A stretch of 63,516 nucleotides of DNA, the filler included, from Octopus bimaculoides (lineage: Eukaryota): assembly GCF_001194135.2 (NCBI RefSeq). It is 5 parts of 5 records of this genome, joined end to end, with 100 filler letters (N's around TTAATTAATTAA, not from the genome) between each part and the next. Parts side by side here need not be neighbours in the genome. Positions count along the whole stretch, not along the records: positions 1 to 14,094 come from NC_068990.1; positions 14,195 to 34,560 come from NC_068996.1; 3 more parts are not named here. One strand, written 5' to 3'. The notes below the pieces were generated by a model that did no database searches, was not told where the DNA came from, and saw only the letters and a program-made list of their open reading frames with translations. The position numbers were made by a program, and so were the translations under genes. How positions within the stretch are numbered: the stretch's first letter is position 1; each line of letters begins with the position of its first letter. Shown here piece after piece: positions 12,462 through 24,516 of the stretch.

Positions 12462-12642
12462 GGGGGGGGGGGGATTAAGTTGATTAGATTGACTCCTGTG
12501 CTCAAATGGTACTTACTTTGTCAACCCCGAAAGGATGAAAGGCAAAATCAACCCTGGCAGCATTTGAACTCAATGTAAAAACAAACAAAATGTCACTTGG
12601 CATTTTGCCCAATGTGCTAATGATTCTGCCAGTATGCTGCTT
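12462..12642 (-). mobile_element. tRNA-derived SINE family B
   Basis: CCCCGAAAGGATGAAAGGCAAA...TTTGAACTCA core shared with 35232-35468. Confidence 0.85.
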
Positions 12643-13014
12643 TTACTATTTGCAATATCAAGTTCAATTCCTCCATGGGAAATATCTTTGATGGACAAAC
12701 ATTCTTATATTCTAAAATTTCTCTTATAGTCGCATAACATTTGACTTTATTATGGGATAAGTTCACAAATTTTTGCTGTCACTGTTTTAACAAACTAATT
12801 ATATTGCAAAGTCATGTATGACTATTATGTTTATATGCTTCCACCAGGGACAGAAAAGATTACTGGACTATAATTTCAGCTGTATTTGCATTCTCATCTG
12901 CAATCACTTTACCTCTCACATAACTAGCTACTGTAAAATTGTATTTAAAGTCAGTATTATAATTCATTTTTAAGTATTATTTTATATTATTTTAAGGTGA
13001 ATTATATATTTCAA

Positions 13015-13325
13015 GATGGTTTTGATTCAGTCCCACTGTGTGGTACCTTCTACTATACCTGGGCTATCCAAAGCATTATGAGTGGATTTGACAGGGAAAG
13101 ATGCTTGTCATGTATGTGTGTGTGTGTGTGTGATGTCTTTCTCCACAATCACTTGACAATCAGAGTCAGTTTCTCCATGTTTTATAACTTAGCAGTTTGG
13201 CAAAAAAAATATCGCTAGAATAAGTACCAGACTTATAAAACAAAGGTAATAGGATTGTTTTGTTTGACTAAAACCCTTCAAGATGGTGTCCAGCATGGCC
13301 ACAGTCCAGTGACAGAAACAAGTAT
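13015..13325 (+). mobile_element. SINE family A, decayed
   Basis: CAGTCCCACTGTGTGGTACC...AATAAGTACCAG...CAGCATGGCCACAGTCCAGTGACAGAAACAAGT. Confidence 0.85.
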
Positions 13326-13425
13326 TAGAAATCAGAAATTGTTAGAATATATTGCATAATATCACCTTACATTAGAATTCTTATATTCTAACATTTCTCT
13401 TATATTCCAATTCTTTTCACTGCAG

Positions 13426-13501
13426 AAACCTGGTTAATTCTCAAAATGTCTTCTCATTTCCTACTGAGGATATCTCTCTTGGACATAGCTTCTATGCACA
13501 G
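13426..13501 (+). CDS. Candidate 76-nt internal coding exon of an unidentified gene (xNLVNSQNVFSFPTEDISLGHSFYAQ)
   Basis: Long polypyrimidine tract + TGCAG acceptor, CAG|GTATTT donor, one open frame, non-repeat sequence. Peptide not recognised. Confidence 0.35.
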
Positions 13502-13577
13502 GTATTTGTTGTAAAAGATTCTACTAAAATTATATTCAGTCAACAGGAATTTATTCTTCAATGTGTTTCTTTAATCT

Positions 13578-13820
13578 TTTACTTGTTTCAGCCATTGAAC
13601 TGGGGTACTGCCATGCTGGGGCACTGCCATGTTGGGGCATTGCCTTGAAGGGTTTAGTCAAACAAATAAATACCAGTATTTGTTATATTTTCTCCAAGCC
13701 TGGTACTTATTCTGTCAGTCTCTTATTGCTAAACTACTAAGTTACAGGGATGTAAACAAACCAATAGTGGTTGTCAAGCAGTGGTGGTGGTGGTGGGGAG
13801 GACAAACACAAAGACACACA
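13578..13820 (-). mobile_element. SINE family A, 3' half
   Basis: Reverse complement of 13130-13325, including the AACCCTTCAAG variant. Confidence 0.85.
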
Positions 13821-13849
13821 TAGGTATAAGCAATTATATATATATATAT

Positions 13850-14094
13850 TCTTTTATTCTTTTATTCTTTCATTCGTTTCAGTCATTTGACTGTGGCCAT
13901 ACTGGAGCACTGCTTTTAGTTGAGCAAATCGATCCCAGGACTTATTCCTTGTAAGCCTAGTACTTATTCTATTGGTCTCTTTTGCCAAATCGTTAAGTTA
14001 CAGGGACGTAAACACACCAGCATCAGTTGTCAAGCGATGTTGGGGGTCAAACACAGACACACAAACACACATACATACATACATACATACATAT
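13850..14094 (-). mobile_element. SINE family A, 3' half, running into a gap
   Basis: TTTCAGTCATTTGACTGTGGCCATACTGGAGCAC...GTAAGCCTAGTACTTATTCTAT. Confidence 0.9.
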
Positions 14095-14194
14095 NNNNNN
14101 NNNNNNNNNNNNNNNNNNNNNNNNNNNNNNNNNNNNNNTTAATTAATTAANNNNNNNNNNNNNNNNNNNNNNNNNNNNNNNNNNNNNNNNNNNN
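14095..14194. other. Artificial scaffold-join spacer
   Basis: 44 N + TTAATTAATTAA (stops in six frames) + 44 N. Confidence 0.9.
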
Positions 14195-14485
14195 TAGAAC
14201 GCATTGGTCGTTTGGAAGTTGCACAAGTTTGATCTCGGACGGCAGAGCTGTTGTAGAGCTTGGCGACACTCGCGGTGCCAATCGCCCAGTTTCGGTCTCT
14301 TCCTGATCCATGTTTGCAGTTCGGTGAGTGAGACGAGCTGCGGGAAGGCGTGCCTCACTAACGGCGGCCACACCTGTTCACCGTGGTCAATGAAGTTCCA
14401 GAGATGCCGCAGTCTCAGCGCATGTCTGCGCATCATTAGCCACGGCATCCCCAGTCCTCCACGTAACGGTTGTTGACAGCAAATG
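14195..14485 (-). mobile_element. Tx1/L1-clade ORF2 fragment, stop-free
   Basis: CCQQPLRGGLGMPWLMMRRHALRLRHL...LVSLTELQTWI; homologous to the decayed minus-strand translation at 36360-36560. GC- and CpG-rich. Confidence 0.7.
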
Positions 14486-14500
14486 GATAGACAGACAGAC

Positions 14501-14559
<59 letters not shown>

Positions 14560-14560
14560 C
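14486..14560. repeat. (GATA)n/(GACA)n microsatellite
   Basis: Direct reading. Confidence 0.95.
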
Positions 14561-14585
14561 TTAGTTTTCTATTAAATGTTTAGAT

Positions 14586-15000
14586 AGGCTTAGGAGTGGC
14601 TGCGTGGTAGGTAGCTTGCTTACCAACCACATGGTCCCGGGTCCAGTCCCACTGCGTGGAATCTTGGGCAAGTGTCTTCTACTATAACCTTTGGCCGTCC
14701 AAAGCCTTGTGAGTGGATTTGGTAGACGGAAACTGAAAGAAGCCCGTCGTATATATGTATATATGTATGTGTGTATGTGTTTGTGTGTCTGTGTGTGTCC
14801 CACCAACATCGTTTTACAACAGATGCTGGTGTGTTTATGTCCTCGTAACTTAGCGGTTCGGCAAAAGCGACCGATAGAATAACTACCAGGCTTCTAAAGA
14901 ATAAGTCCTGGGGTCGATTTGCCCGACTAAAGGCGGTGCTCCAGCATGGCCACAGTCAAAAGACTGAAATAAGTAAAAGAGTAAAAAGAGTAAAAGAGTA
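14586..15000 (+). mobile_element. SINE family A, full length
   Basis: tRNA-like head, core, internal (TA/TG)n and a (GTAAAAGA)n-like tail. Confidence 0.92.
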
Positions 15001-15699
15001 TAGTTAAACAGCTAGATAGGTAAATAGAAGAAAATCACAGGAAAAGCCATAGTTTAAAAAATGTTCCAGTCCTTTAATTATTTAACCCATGACCATGATA
15101 GTTGTCGTGATGGTCAAGACAATCATGGACTATCAACTTCAAATGTTCTATATTAGTTGTGTTGTTGTCTCTGTATGTCTGTCGAGGGGTTCAATGATTT
15201 TGATTTTTCTTTTTTTTGTTTCATTATCTGCGACATCTCTATTTGGTGAGTCAACAAAATTGTGACACTGTACTGTTGTGGCTGTAGCTTTTTGATCATG
15301 GCTGATCTGATATGTTTAACAGAACTGTATGTTAGATACCTTTAAAAAGTTTCAATGCGATCTCCATCACATTTTATAATAAATATTTAGAGGCAGTTGA
15401 ATAACTGAATCTTTAAATACCAAAGTATCAAACAGATTCCAGAAGCAAAATTGCACTGAAGCTTGATGCTATGTAATTCGGTGCACCTCATTTTATATAC
15501 GGCTTTGCCAATCGCATTGAGAGGAAAAAAGAGTGAGCGCAATGAAAGCTGTTGAGATGGTAGAGTCCACTGTGAGTCTGAATGAAATAGAAGGGGTAGA
15601 TACGAAGTAAAAGGATGTCATTTCAAAATAAGCACAGAAATTTATTATGGAAACAAGTTTTGGAAAACGAAAGCGTCAAGGTAATAAATGTACGATATT

Positions 15700-16590
15700 T
15701 TTTTCATTCCTGCCCAATATGATGGTAAAGTTAGTGACACCTCTGTTTACTATAAGTCCAGCGACATCATATAGTAGAGGGATATTATGGCAATATGCAT
15801 CTTTCCCTTCTTTTGCAAAATATAACTAGCGGCGTAAACAAGTTTTAAGCACCTTTATGGAGGAATTAAGCAGCAATGTAACAGCGTTAAGTCAAAGAGA
15901 ATCAACACTAAGTTTTACTGAGTTGTTTTCCTCAGGAAATGAGAGAAAAACGCAGAAGTGTAAGTAAAAAAAAACAAGATCTAGATTTCCAAATAGTATG
16001 GACGACAAAAAGGTGCAAGACGATTTAAGAGAAGTGATGGAATTAAATCAAGATCTAACTTGAAAAAATATCTTGAATATTGAATTGAATGCGTCTTAGA
16101 GAATCTCATGAAACAAAGTGCCTAGAATATAACGGGTTGACCTAGGGAACATGTAAAATATGAGGACTGTAGAGCACAACTCTTCCTATTAGAGGAGAAT
16201 GTTGTAGATTTTTTCTTAGATATCCTATCTAAGTGATATGAGTCTATAAGGGCAGTGATTTCCGAACTGATTTTAGAAGCGGAAAAATGTATAGGCGAAA
16301 ATATGATAGACCTATGTGCGAGAAAAACTCATGATAAGAAGAAAGACAGATTCCCCATTAATTAATAAAAGAAAGAACCTATTGCATGGCTGAAGTTATT
16401 ACAGACGCACCAGTTTCATATACCTTGTTCAGTTTATAACAAGGAAAATGATGTTGTGGGTCAATCTAACCAAGATATACACTCTTATCATCAATGGTGC
16501 TTGGTATCACAAGAAATGAGATATTGTTTGGAAGGTGTCGAAATCTTGGTGAACTTCCGTCGAAAGTAAATGAAGGGGTTACTTCCCAAG
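15700..16590 (+). mobile_element. Very decayed non-LTR (possibly R4/RLE-type) remnant
   Basis: Only scattered motif echoes (KNLLHG vs KPLHGQ; YGRQKGARR vs RKxGGRGL). Confidence 0.25.
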
Positions 16591-16601
16591 TGAAAGCTCT
16601 A

Positions 16602-16632
<31 letters not shown>

Positions 16633-17318
16633 TGTATGTATGTATGTATGCATGGATGTATGTATGTATGCATGTAAGGTTTTTATGAGCGTGTGTGTAC
16701 ACGTGTATGTATGAATATATATATATATGAGATAGATACAACGTTGTTCACTAACAGTTCCCATCGGAAATAATCAGATGTAAATGCATTCTGTTATTCT
16801 CTCCATACACCAAAATGAAGAACATCATGACGTTTCATGGCTGGTTAACTGTACTTCAGAAGATAAGTATATTTCGTCCATCTCAAATTAAATAGTTCAT
16901 AAATATTTTATGCATAAACAACGTTACTTAGAAAGTCTAAGACATATTTAATGTAGTCCTCACCCTAAAACTCCTACGCTGAGAATACTAACAAGATCTG
17001 ACAAATCTTCACTGAAAGATATACCGTATGCAAATTAATCTAAGTTTTTCCAGCTAAATCCCTGCTTGTGCTTGATTTAAATAACGATTGCTATTAACTT
17101 CTCTTCATAGGAAGTAAAACGAATAGTTATTATCCTTTGAAGAATGGCCAACTATAACACATGTCGTGTTAATCGCCTTGAATTTTTTTCCTTTATGGGA
17201 AAAGGATAACAAAAGGTATTTACATTTGTTTACTTTTAGCAGCACAGACGTTATAAATTGTAGGCTAACTTTAAATTTATCTTATGTTTTATAATAGGCT
17301 CTGTTTGTGCATAATACG

Positions 17319-17350
<32 letters not shown>

Positions 17351-18016
17351 TATATACTACACACATACACACACGTATATTAATATACATACATATACGC
17401 ACATGCATATGAGTGCGCGTGTATGTAGGAATATGTTTATATACAACGTGAACGGTTAACATTTATGATCTAAGTATAAACTTTGGTGTCATAGGTCGTA
17501 CATGCAACCGTGTTATGTATATATATATATATATATATATNNNNNNNNNNNNNNNNNNNNNNNNNNNNNNNNNNNNNNNNNNNNNNNNNNNNNNNNNNNN
17601 NNNNNNNNNNNNNNNNNNNNNNNNNNNNNNNNNNNNNNNNNNNNNNNNNNNNNNNNNNNNNNNNNNNNNNNNNNNNNNNNNNNNNNNNNNNNNNNNNNNN
17701 NNNNNNNNNNNNNNNNNNNNNNNNNNNNNNNNNNNNNNNNNNNNNNNNNNNNNNNNNNNNNNNNNNNNNNNNNNNNNNNNNNNNNNNNNNNNNNNNNNNN
17801 NNNNNNNNNNNNNNNNNNNNNNNNNNNNNNNNNNNNNNNNNNNNNNNNNNNNNNNNNNNNNNNNNNNNNNNNNNNNNNNNNNNNNNNNNNNNNNNNNNNN
17901 NNNNNNNNNNNNNNNNNNNNNNNNNNNNNNNNNNNNNNNNNNNNNNNNNNNNNNNNNNNNNNNNNNNNNNNNNNNNNNNNNNNNNNNNNNNNNNAGAGAG
18001 AGAGAGAGAAAGATAA

Positions 18017-18061
<45 letters not shown>

Positions 18062-19512
18062 AAGAAAGAAAGAGAGAGATTTACATACACAAATACATAC
18101 AGATACATACACATGTACACAATTATAAATAGGTGCATAGAATAAATAAAATAAAAGGAGTATAGGTAGAAGCAATGCATAAAGGAAAAACAAAACAAAG
18201 AGGGGAAGTTACTCTGTCAGTTTTAAGACGACGACAATGGAAGAGCTCACATAAATAGAAGTAGTAACAGTACTGTTGCTATGCAGGTGAATTGAAGTGA
18301 CACGATGTTATATTGAAGAAATATATTACACTGTAACATTGAACAGATAGAGAGAGATTCAGATAGTGATAGGTAGATAGCTAGATAGAGAGAGTGAGAG
18401 AGTGAGAGAAAGAGAGAAAGAAACGAAAACGAAAACTATGTCGGCTTTACTATCCTTAAATGTCCACCACATCATTTATGATTGGTCTCCAAGTGAAAAG
18501 AAACAAACACATACATAGACAAACATCAACAGCAAGATGTTAAAACACAATTAAACTTCACAAATCGCTTTGTTGGTCTAACAAGCATTGTTTATCAATG
18601 CACCTAGCAATACACTATGATTCTTTTCAATAGTTCAGGCATTAAATTCTGTTTGAAGTATATGCCTTATATTGATTCCAAATGTATTCTATCCATTCAC
18701 CGTCTACATGAATACTTTCGTATCAATCTATAACAAATATATTGAATCTAAAAATGAATGAAATAACATTGTCATTTTGCAGTATGATATAAAGACTCAG
18801 AAATTGAATTTGGAACTATAAGTATTAAGTTAATGTTAAGGTGTTATTGGTAATTTTCGGCAAATATACAACACGTTCGTGTTATAGTTAACTGAACTAT
18901 CCTGCATACCGTGGCATGTTACAGCTGATCTATATTATAAAGTCTGATTATTAGTTTACTATAGCCATTGTACGATAAATGCTAGTCTCCTCTCAATACT
19001 ATGGTGAATGTAAACCTGGTATATACTGTAGTCAATGTACATCTAAACTTTATGCTATAGACTGGGCTATACTTTAGCCAGTGTACAGTACTATTTTATA
19101 TACACTATATACAGAATATACAGCTATATGTAGCATAGCTTACCCTTATATATACATACACATACGTATATATATATATANNNNNNNNNNNNNNNNNNNN
19201 NNNNNNNNNNNNNNNNNNNNNNNNNNNNNNNNNNNNNNNNNNNNNNNNNNNNNNNNNNNNNNNNNNNNNNNNNNNNNNNNNNNNNNNNNNNNNNNNNNNN
19301 NNNNNNNNNNNNNNNNNNNNNNNNNNNNNNNNNNNNNNNNNNNNNNNNNNNNNNNNNNNNNNNNNNNNNNNNNNNNNNNNNNNNNNNNNNNNNNNNNNNN
19401 NNNNNNNNNNNNNNNNNNNNNNNNNNNNNNNNNNNNNNNNNNNNNNNNNNNNNNNNNNNNNNNNNNNNNNNNATATTTATATATACATATATACATATAC
19501 ATATATATACAT

Positions 19513-19558
<46 letters not shown>

Positions 19559-19609
19559 AGGTGTGTGTGTATGTATGTGTACGTTTGTGTATTCCATAGC
19601 TAATGCAGT

Positions 19610-19760
19610 AAATTGGTAGAGTCACTAGAGCGTTAGATAGAATGTCTGGCGGTATTAGTTCCGATTCTTCGCGTTTTGAATTACATCCAGTCGAGGTCAT
19701 CTTCAACTTTCGTCCTTCTCGTGTCTACAAGGTACCAATCTCGTACTGGGGTCGAATCTT
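19610..19760 (+). mobile_element. SINE family B, decayed
   Basis: GTCGAGGTCATCTTCAACTTTCGTCCTT...GTACTGGGGTCGAAT aligns by eye to the family B core. Confidence 0.6.
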
Positions 19761-19786
19761 TCTTTCTTTTTTTCTTTCTTTCTTTC

Positions 19787-19840
<54 letters not shown>

Positions 19841-20635
19841 GTCTCTGTCAGTTTCTTCTTGGAACCGGCCACGATACGCCGCAAGAAGTGTCATCACAGA
19901 TGATTTACCATGTCTATTTTTCTATAAATGGAGAGGAACTGTGTGAAAGGCCAGCCATCTTTTCTCGTAGGAAAGAAATCTACGCACAACGTAATGCTTA
20001 TTATCGCCATAACACGCAATGTCTGCTATTAAGACTATGAATTTTCATTATATTATAGCATTAACACAAAATGTTCTTAATATACCAGTAATTAAATGTT
20101 CAACATATCTGTCTTGAAACTTTTAAGTATGCAAATTGGATAGACTATTTTGCTTATTTAAAAATTTCTAGGTTCCCATTATCCTAACATTAATCGCATT
20201 ATACGCGACTTCTGTGCATAGTTAAGGATGGCACACAATTGCTGCAGACGATTATAAGAACAACGGAAGCCAACGTTAAACAATTATCTTTTTTTCCTGT
20301 TCACAAACAAGTCCTATAGACTTATCATTTACGTTTTTCGTAACTCAGGGTTGGTTAATTGAGCTATAGATATGTTTTACAGTAATGTATAGACCAGCAT
20401 GGTGAAACACGGTTAACATAACATTTAAGTAATTCAATAGAAATGAACATCACTACTTCCATTGCAACCGTCTTTAGAATTCCCCCTATGCTGCACACAT
20501 ATAGCACGCATATGTCTGTGAGGAAAATAAGAATATATATATACATATATATATATATTGCACACGCACACACATATATATTATATTTATATGGTTACGC
20601 ATGCATATGTGCGTGTGTGCGAGTGTGTGCGTATG

Positions 20636-20668
<33 letters not shown>

Positions 20669-23056
20669 GTGTACGTACATACGTATGTATGTATGTATGA
20701 ATGTACATACGTACGTACGTACATACGTATGTATGTATGTATGAATGTACATACGTACGTACGTACATACGTATGTATGAATGTATTGTTTTATTGAAGC
20801 GGAAAAACTTCACAAGCCATTAATCAGAGTTTCATGTAACTGTTCATCAGAAAATAAACTATTTTTCTCTACGTTATTTCGTATCTGTGTACCCATATGT
20901 ATATAAATCCACATACAGGAGTACGCACTTTGATATATGCACGCATACATACCACCAAATACGCACCTACAAATACACACATACAGAAATATATATATAA
21001 AATAATATATGTGCAAAGAAAGGAATTAGATAATCTTTCATTAGCTTACAGCTGTTTCTCTTATAAAAGGCGTTGTTCTTATGCTTAATCTTCTTATAGT
21101 AACATATAGCTTCCTCAGAAGCATTTAAATGGTTGTATTATATTATATATGGTTCTATTTAGAATAAGCTCTGTGTATTTAAATGCTTCCCCGGAATAAG
21201 CATTCACTTCTTATTAATGGCTCTGAAGTAGCTATAAATTTTAGCATGAGCATTTAATTCTGAGTACAATAGCAGAAACAGCTGCAAGCTAATGCAAGAC
21301 TTTACTTAACACCTGCTCTTTTTATCACTCATTGATTTATATCATGCTCTGTGCTCACCTAACATTTTACACTAAAGCATAGTATATTGAGTTCTTACAA
21401 ATGTTTAATAATATCGCTATGCTATTTGGTGTGCTACAGAATATGTGTAGCTAGAGTGTATATAGAGTACATTACATTATAATAGACACACTGCCCGTTT
21501 AGTACCTAATGGATCTGTGTTAGACCAAGACGAGATGATTTAATTTTGAATATGACAAAAACAAAAATACTTAAAGTGCCATCGCGTGGCGAATACTAGC
21601 TTTCAGGCTTCGATTGAATCATATTCTATGGAACAAAAAGTCATTACAAATGAGAGAAGCAATCTATTCTATTTGGAGAAGTCTTGTATATAACACTATT
21701 ACTTAACATTACCAACTTTATGTTAAAGTAAACTTGTACATACAATATCTTTGCATTAAATTATATAAAATTTAACACTGGTATTCTTAAAATCAACAAT
21801 AGAGTAAAACTCTAGCAAAACAAAACTAAAGAATAATAAAGAGTTTTTCGACTTAAAAACGAATTTCTCACTGGTGAATCTTCCAACTTCTTCCTGAAAT
21901 CTTGATGTATCTACAGATGAAGGATTTTCCTCCATGTTAAGAACCGAATTACTGCTACAGACATTTCAAACATTGATATGTGCTGTTATTGTTTTCGTGG
22001 TTGTCATAGTTTTGAATGGTCTTATCTGTTACCATTAACCTCAGGAAAAATTGTTTTACGATTTTTCAGTGAATCATTTCACATTTAATAGATTCTGTAG
22101 TTATTTTGATTCCTATCTTGTTAATACCATGATTGAATGATTGTCAAATTAATACCTTTTAATTGCTTTTTTTTATGGATAGCCTGATGTTCTTCATTTT
22201 CGTTTTGCGGATGAATTTTGATGCTGGAAGATTGACGACTGCATTCTGGGAAAAAGAAAGAAAATTATAAAATTACTTGGCTTGGTGCCAGGCATATGCA
22301 TCAATTTAGTGCTGGTGACCTATGGCTAATCGATATTGATCTGTTATTTAAAGAGACCTTTCATTCCCTGTTAATGTAGGTTTGCCATCGCTTGTAAAGT
22401 GAACATTAAAAATCATTTTGAATATTTAAAACAAATATTTAAAAGGAATCTGTCAGTTCATCATAGATTAGCTTTAAAACATATTTGCTATTTTGTGGAA
22501 ATACTTAATTGAATTTATTTATTGTTTGTTATTTAAAATTTCATTTATCTATTTATTTATAATTTTTTTCTCAGCAAAGTTCATTGCTCAACGGAGTGTA
22601 TTTTATTCACTCACAGAAAGTCATTATCAGAGAATTATTGAACTATTACATGTATATAGAACAAATGATTTCTCCGCAACTCTGGCTCTGTGACTTCACT
22701 GCTATGGCTATGCTCTTCATTATTAATGTGTAATTAAGAAAGACTATCTACTGACTAATTAATCTGTGTTAAAAATAAAATTTGTGTTTTCATTTTATAA
22801 AACATTTTTATACTCAATCTATATTGAATGAACAATTTATTGATATTATATATAGATGATACATGTGTGGGTGAGAGACGAAGACAGAGAGAGAGTGTGT
22901 GTGTATGTGTGCGTGTCTGCCTATGTGTCTGTGTTGTGTGTATGTGAGTGTGTATTTCTTGTAATACCGATCGTTTGTGTAAATTCTCTAGAAATACTAA
23001 TACCTCTCAACACTGTAGCAGCAACTTTGACTTTTATGGCGGTAAAGCAGAAACAT

Positions 23057-23161
<105 letters not shown>

Positions 23162-23539
23162 TCATTCTTTCTGCGAGACATAGTAGCTAAATATTTCTCA
23201 AATCACACTCTACATTCTTAAATTATGAATTTAATTATTGAATGACGTAGTGCGGTCTGCAACATGTCTGAACCAAAGACTAAATAGCCATAGATGGAAT
23301 TCATTTGATTATAGGTATGTCGGTTTAACTCATGACTGGCCTAGAGTTAAACAACATCAATAACAGCAACAACAATAACGACAACAAAAGAAGAGACATT
23401 GGATAGTATAGATTAACAATTTCGAAAGAAAAATGAATGATGGATGATCATCATTAGTTTTGAGTCTGTTGAGTCGTAGCTGACTTCACTCTAAACAGGA
23501 ACAGCAGTATGTAACATCAATCAATAATGACGAAAAGAG

Positions 23540-23710
23540 TGTTGGTGGGGGTCGTAGAATGGTAAGATCGTCGACAAAATATCCTAAGGTACTTGTTCCG
23601 ACTCTTTACGTTACGATTTTAAATATCACCGAGGTCACTTTTGTCTTTCATTCTTTCATGATTCATAGAATAATTTACCAGAGAAAGACTGGAGTCGACG
23701 ATATCGTTTA
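23540..23710 (+). mobile_element. SINE family B, decayed
   Basis: CCGAGGTCACTTTTGTCTTTCATTCTTTC...ACTGGAGTCGACG. Confidence 0.55.
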
Positions 23711-24127
23711 CATGCCTCCTTCAAATTTCACGCATTGTGTCTATGCTAGAAACAATTACGATGAAAATAATTTCTTATTACTTATCCACTTTTAATACGT
23801 TCTCAGAGCTTCGGTCGTGATTATCAGATCATTGTTGTTTGTTCGTCAATAGAAAATGCCCCGTCTCTTTAGACAATTGTTTTAATAACACGCAAGATGG
23901 ACCAGATCGCCCGTGTAAGGGAACTTTGAGACACCGCAGTTTCGGCATTGTTGTGTCTCTTCAGTCGCGAAGTTTTGCATGCACCCTATAAACCATTACC
24001 ATTTGTCCTTATCGAATGTAAACAATTATTTGTAAAACAATAAAGAATTTTTGAAATAAACAAGCATTTTAAAATTATTTACATTATTTACATTTGACAG
24101 ATATTTGTCTTCATCGTGTTTGTTGTT

Positions 24128-24172
24128 AACACAACGTTCGGCTGATATACCCTCCAACCTTCATCAGGTGTC
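24128..24172 (-). ncRNA. Hammerhead ribozyme motif, probably inactive
   Basis: GACAC-CTGATGA-A-GGTTG..CAGCC-GAA-CGTT-GTGTT; one A of the conserved GAAA is missing. Confidence 0.6.
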
Positions 24173-24206
24173 TTGGGGAAATTTCGAACCTGGGTTCTCA
24201 TCCTAC

Positions 24207-24269
24207 GGGCATATAGCGTAGTGGTTAAGAGGTACTAACCCCGAGTTCGATTCCAGGCAGTGACCTGGA
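24207..24269 (+). mobile_element. tRNA-derived head with Pol III A and B boxes
   Basis: TAGCGTAGTGG (24214-24224) and GAGTTCGATTCC (24243-24254). Spacing is shorter than in a tRNA and there is no cloverleaf. Confidence 0.65.
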
Positions 24270-24295
24270 TAATAATAATAATAATAATAATAATG

Positions 24296-24389
<94 letters not shown>

Positions 24390-24435
24390 TGATGATGATG
24401 ATAATAAAAAAAAAAATAATAATAATAATAATAAT

Positions 24436-24461
<26 letters not shown>
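24270..24461. repeat. (TAA)n microsatellite
   Basis: Direct reading. Confidence 0.97.
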
Positions 24462-24469
<8 letters not shown>

Positions 24470-24470
24470 A

Positions 24471-24516
24471 GACACCTGATGAAGGCTGGAGGTTATAACA
24501 GCCGAAACGTTGTGTT
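24471..24516 (+). ncRNA. Minimal type I hammerhead ribozyme
   Basis: Stem I GACAC/GTGTT, core CTGATGA, one extra A, stem II GGCTG/CAGCC, GAAA, palindromic ACGT stem III, GUU cleavage triplet. Confidence 0.75.

Noticed and set aside
14139-14150. TTAATTAATTAA as a piggyBac target or homeobox site
   Set aside because: It is centred in exactly 44+44 N four times, so it is an assembly linker.
24207-24269. Genuine tRNA gene
   Set aside because: The A-B spacing is too short and acceptor/anticodon stems cannot be formed; it is a derived head.
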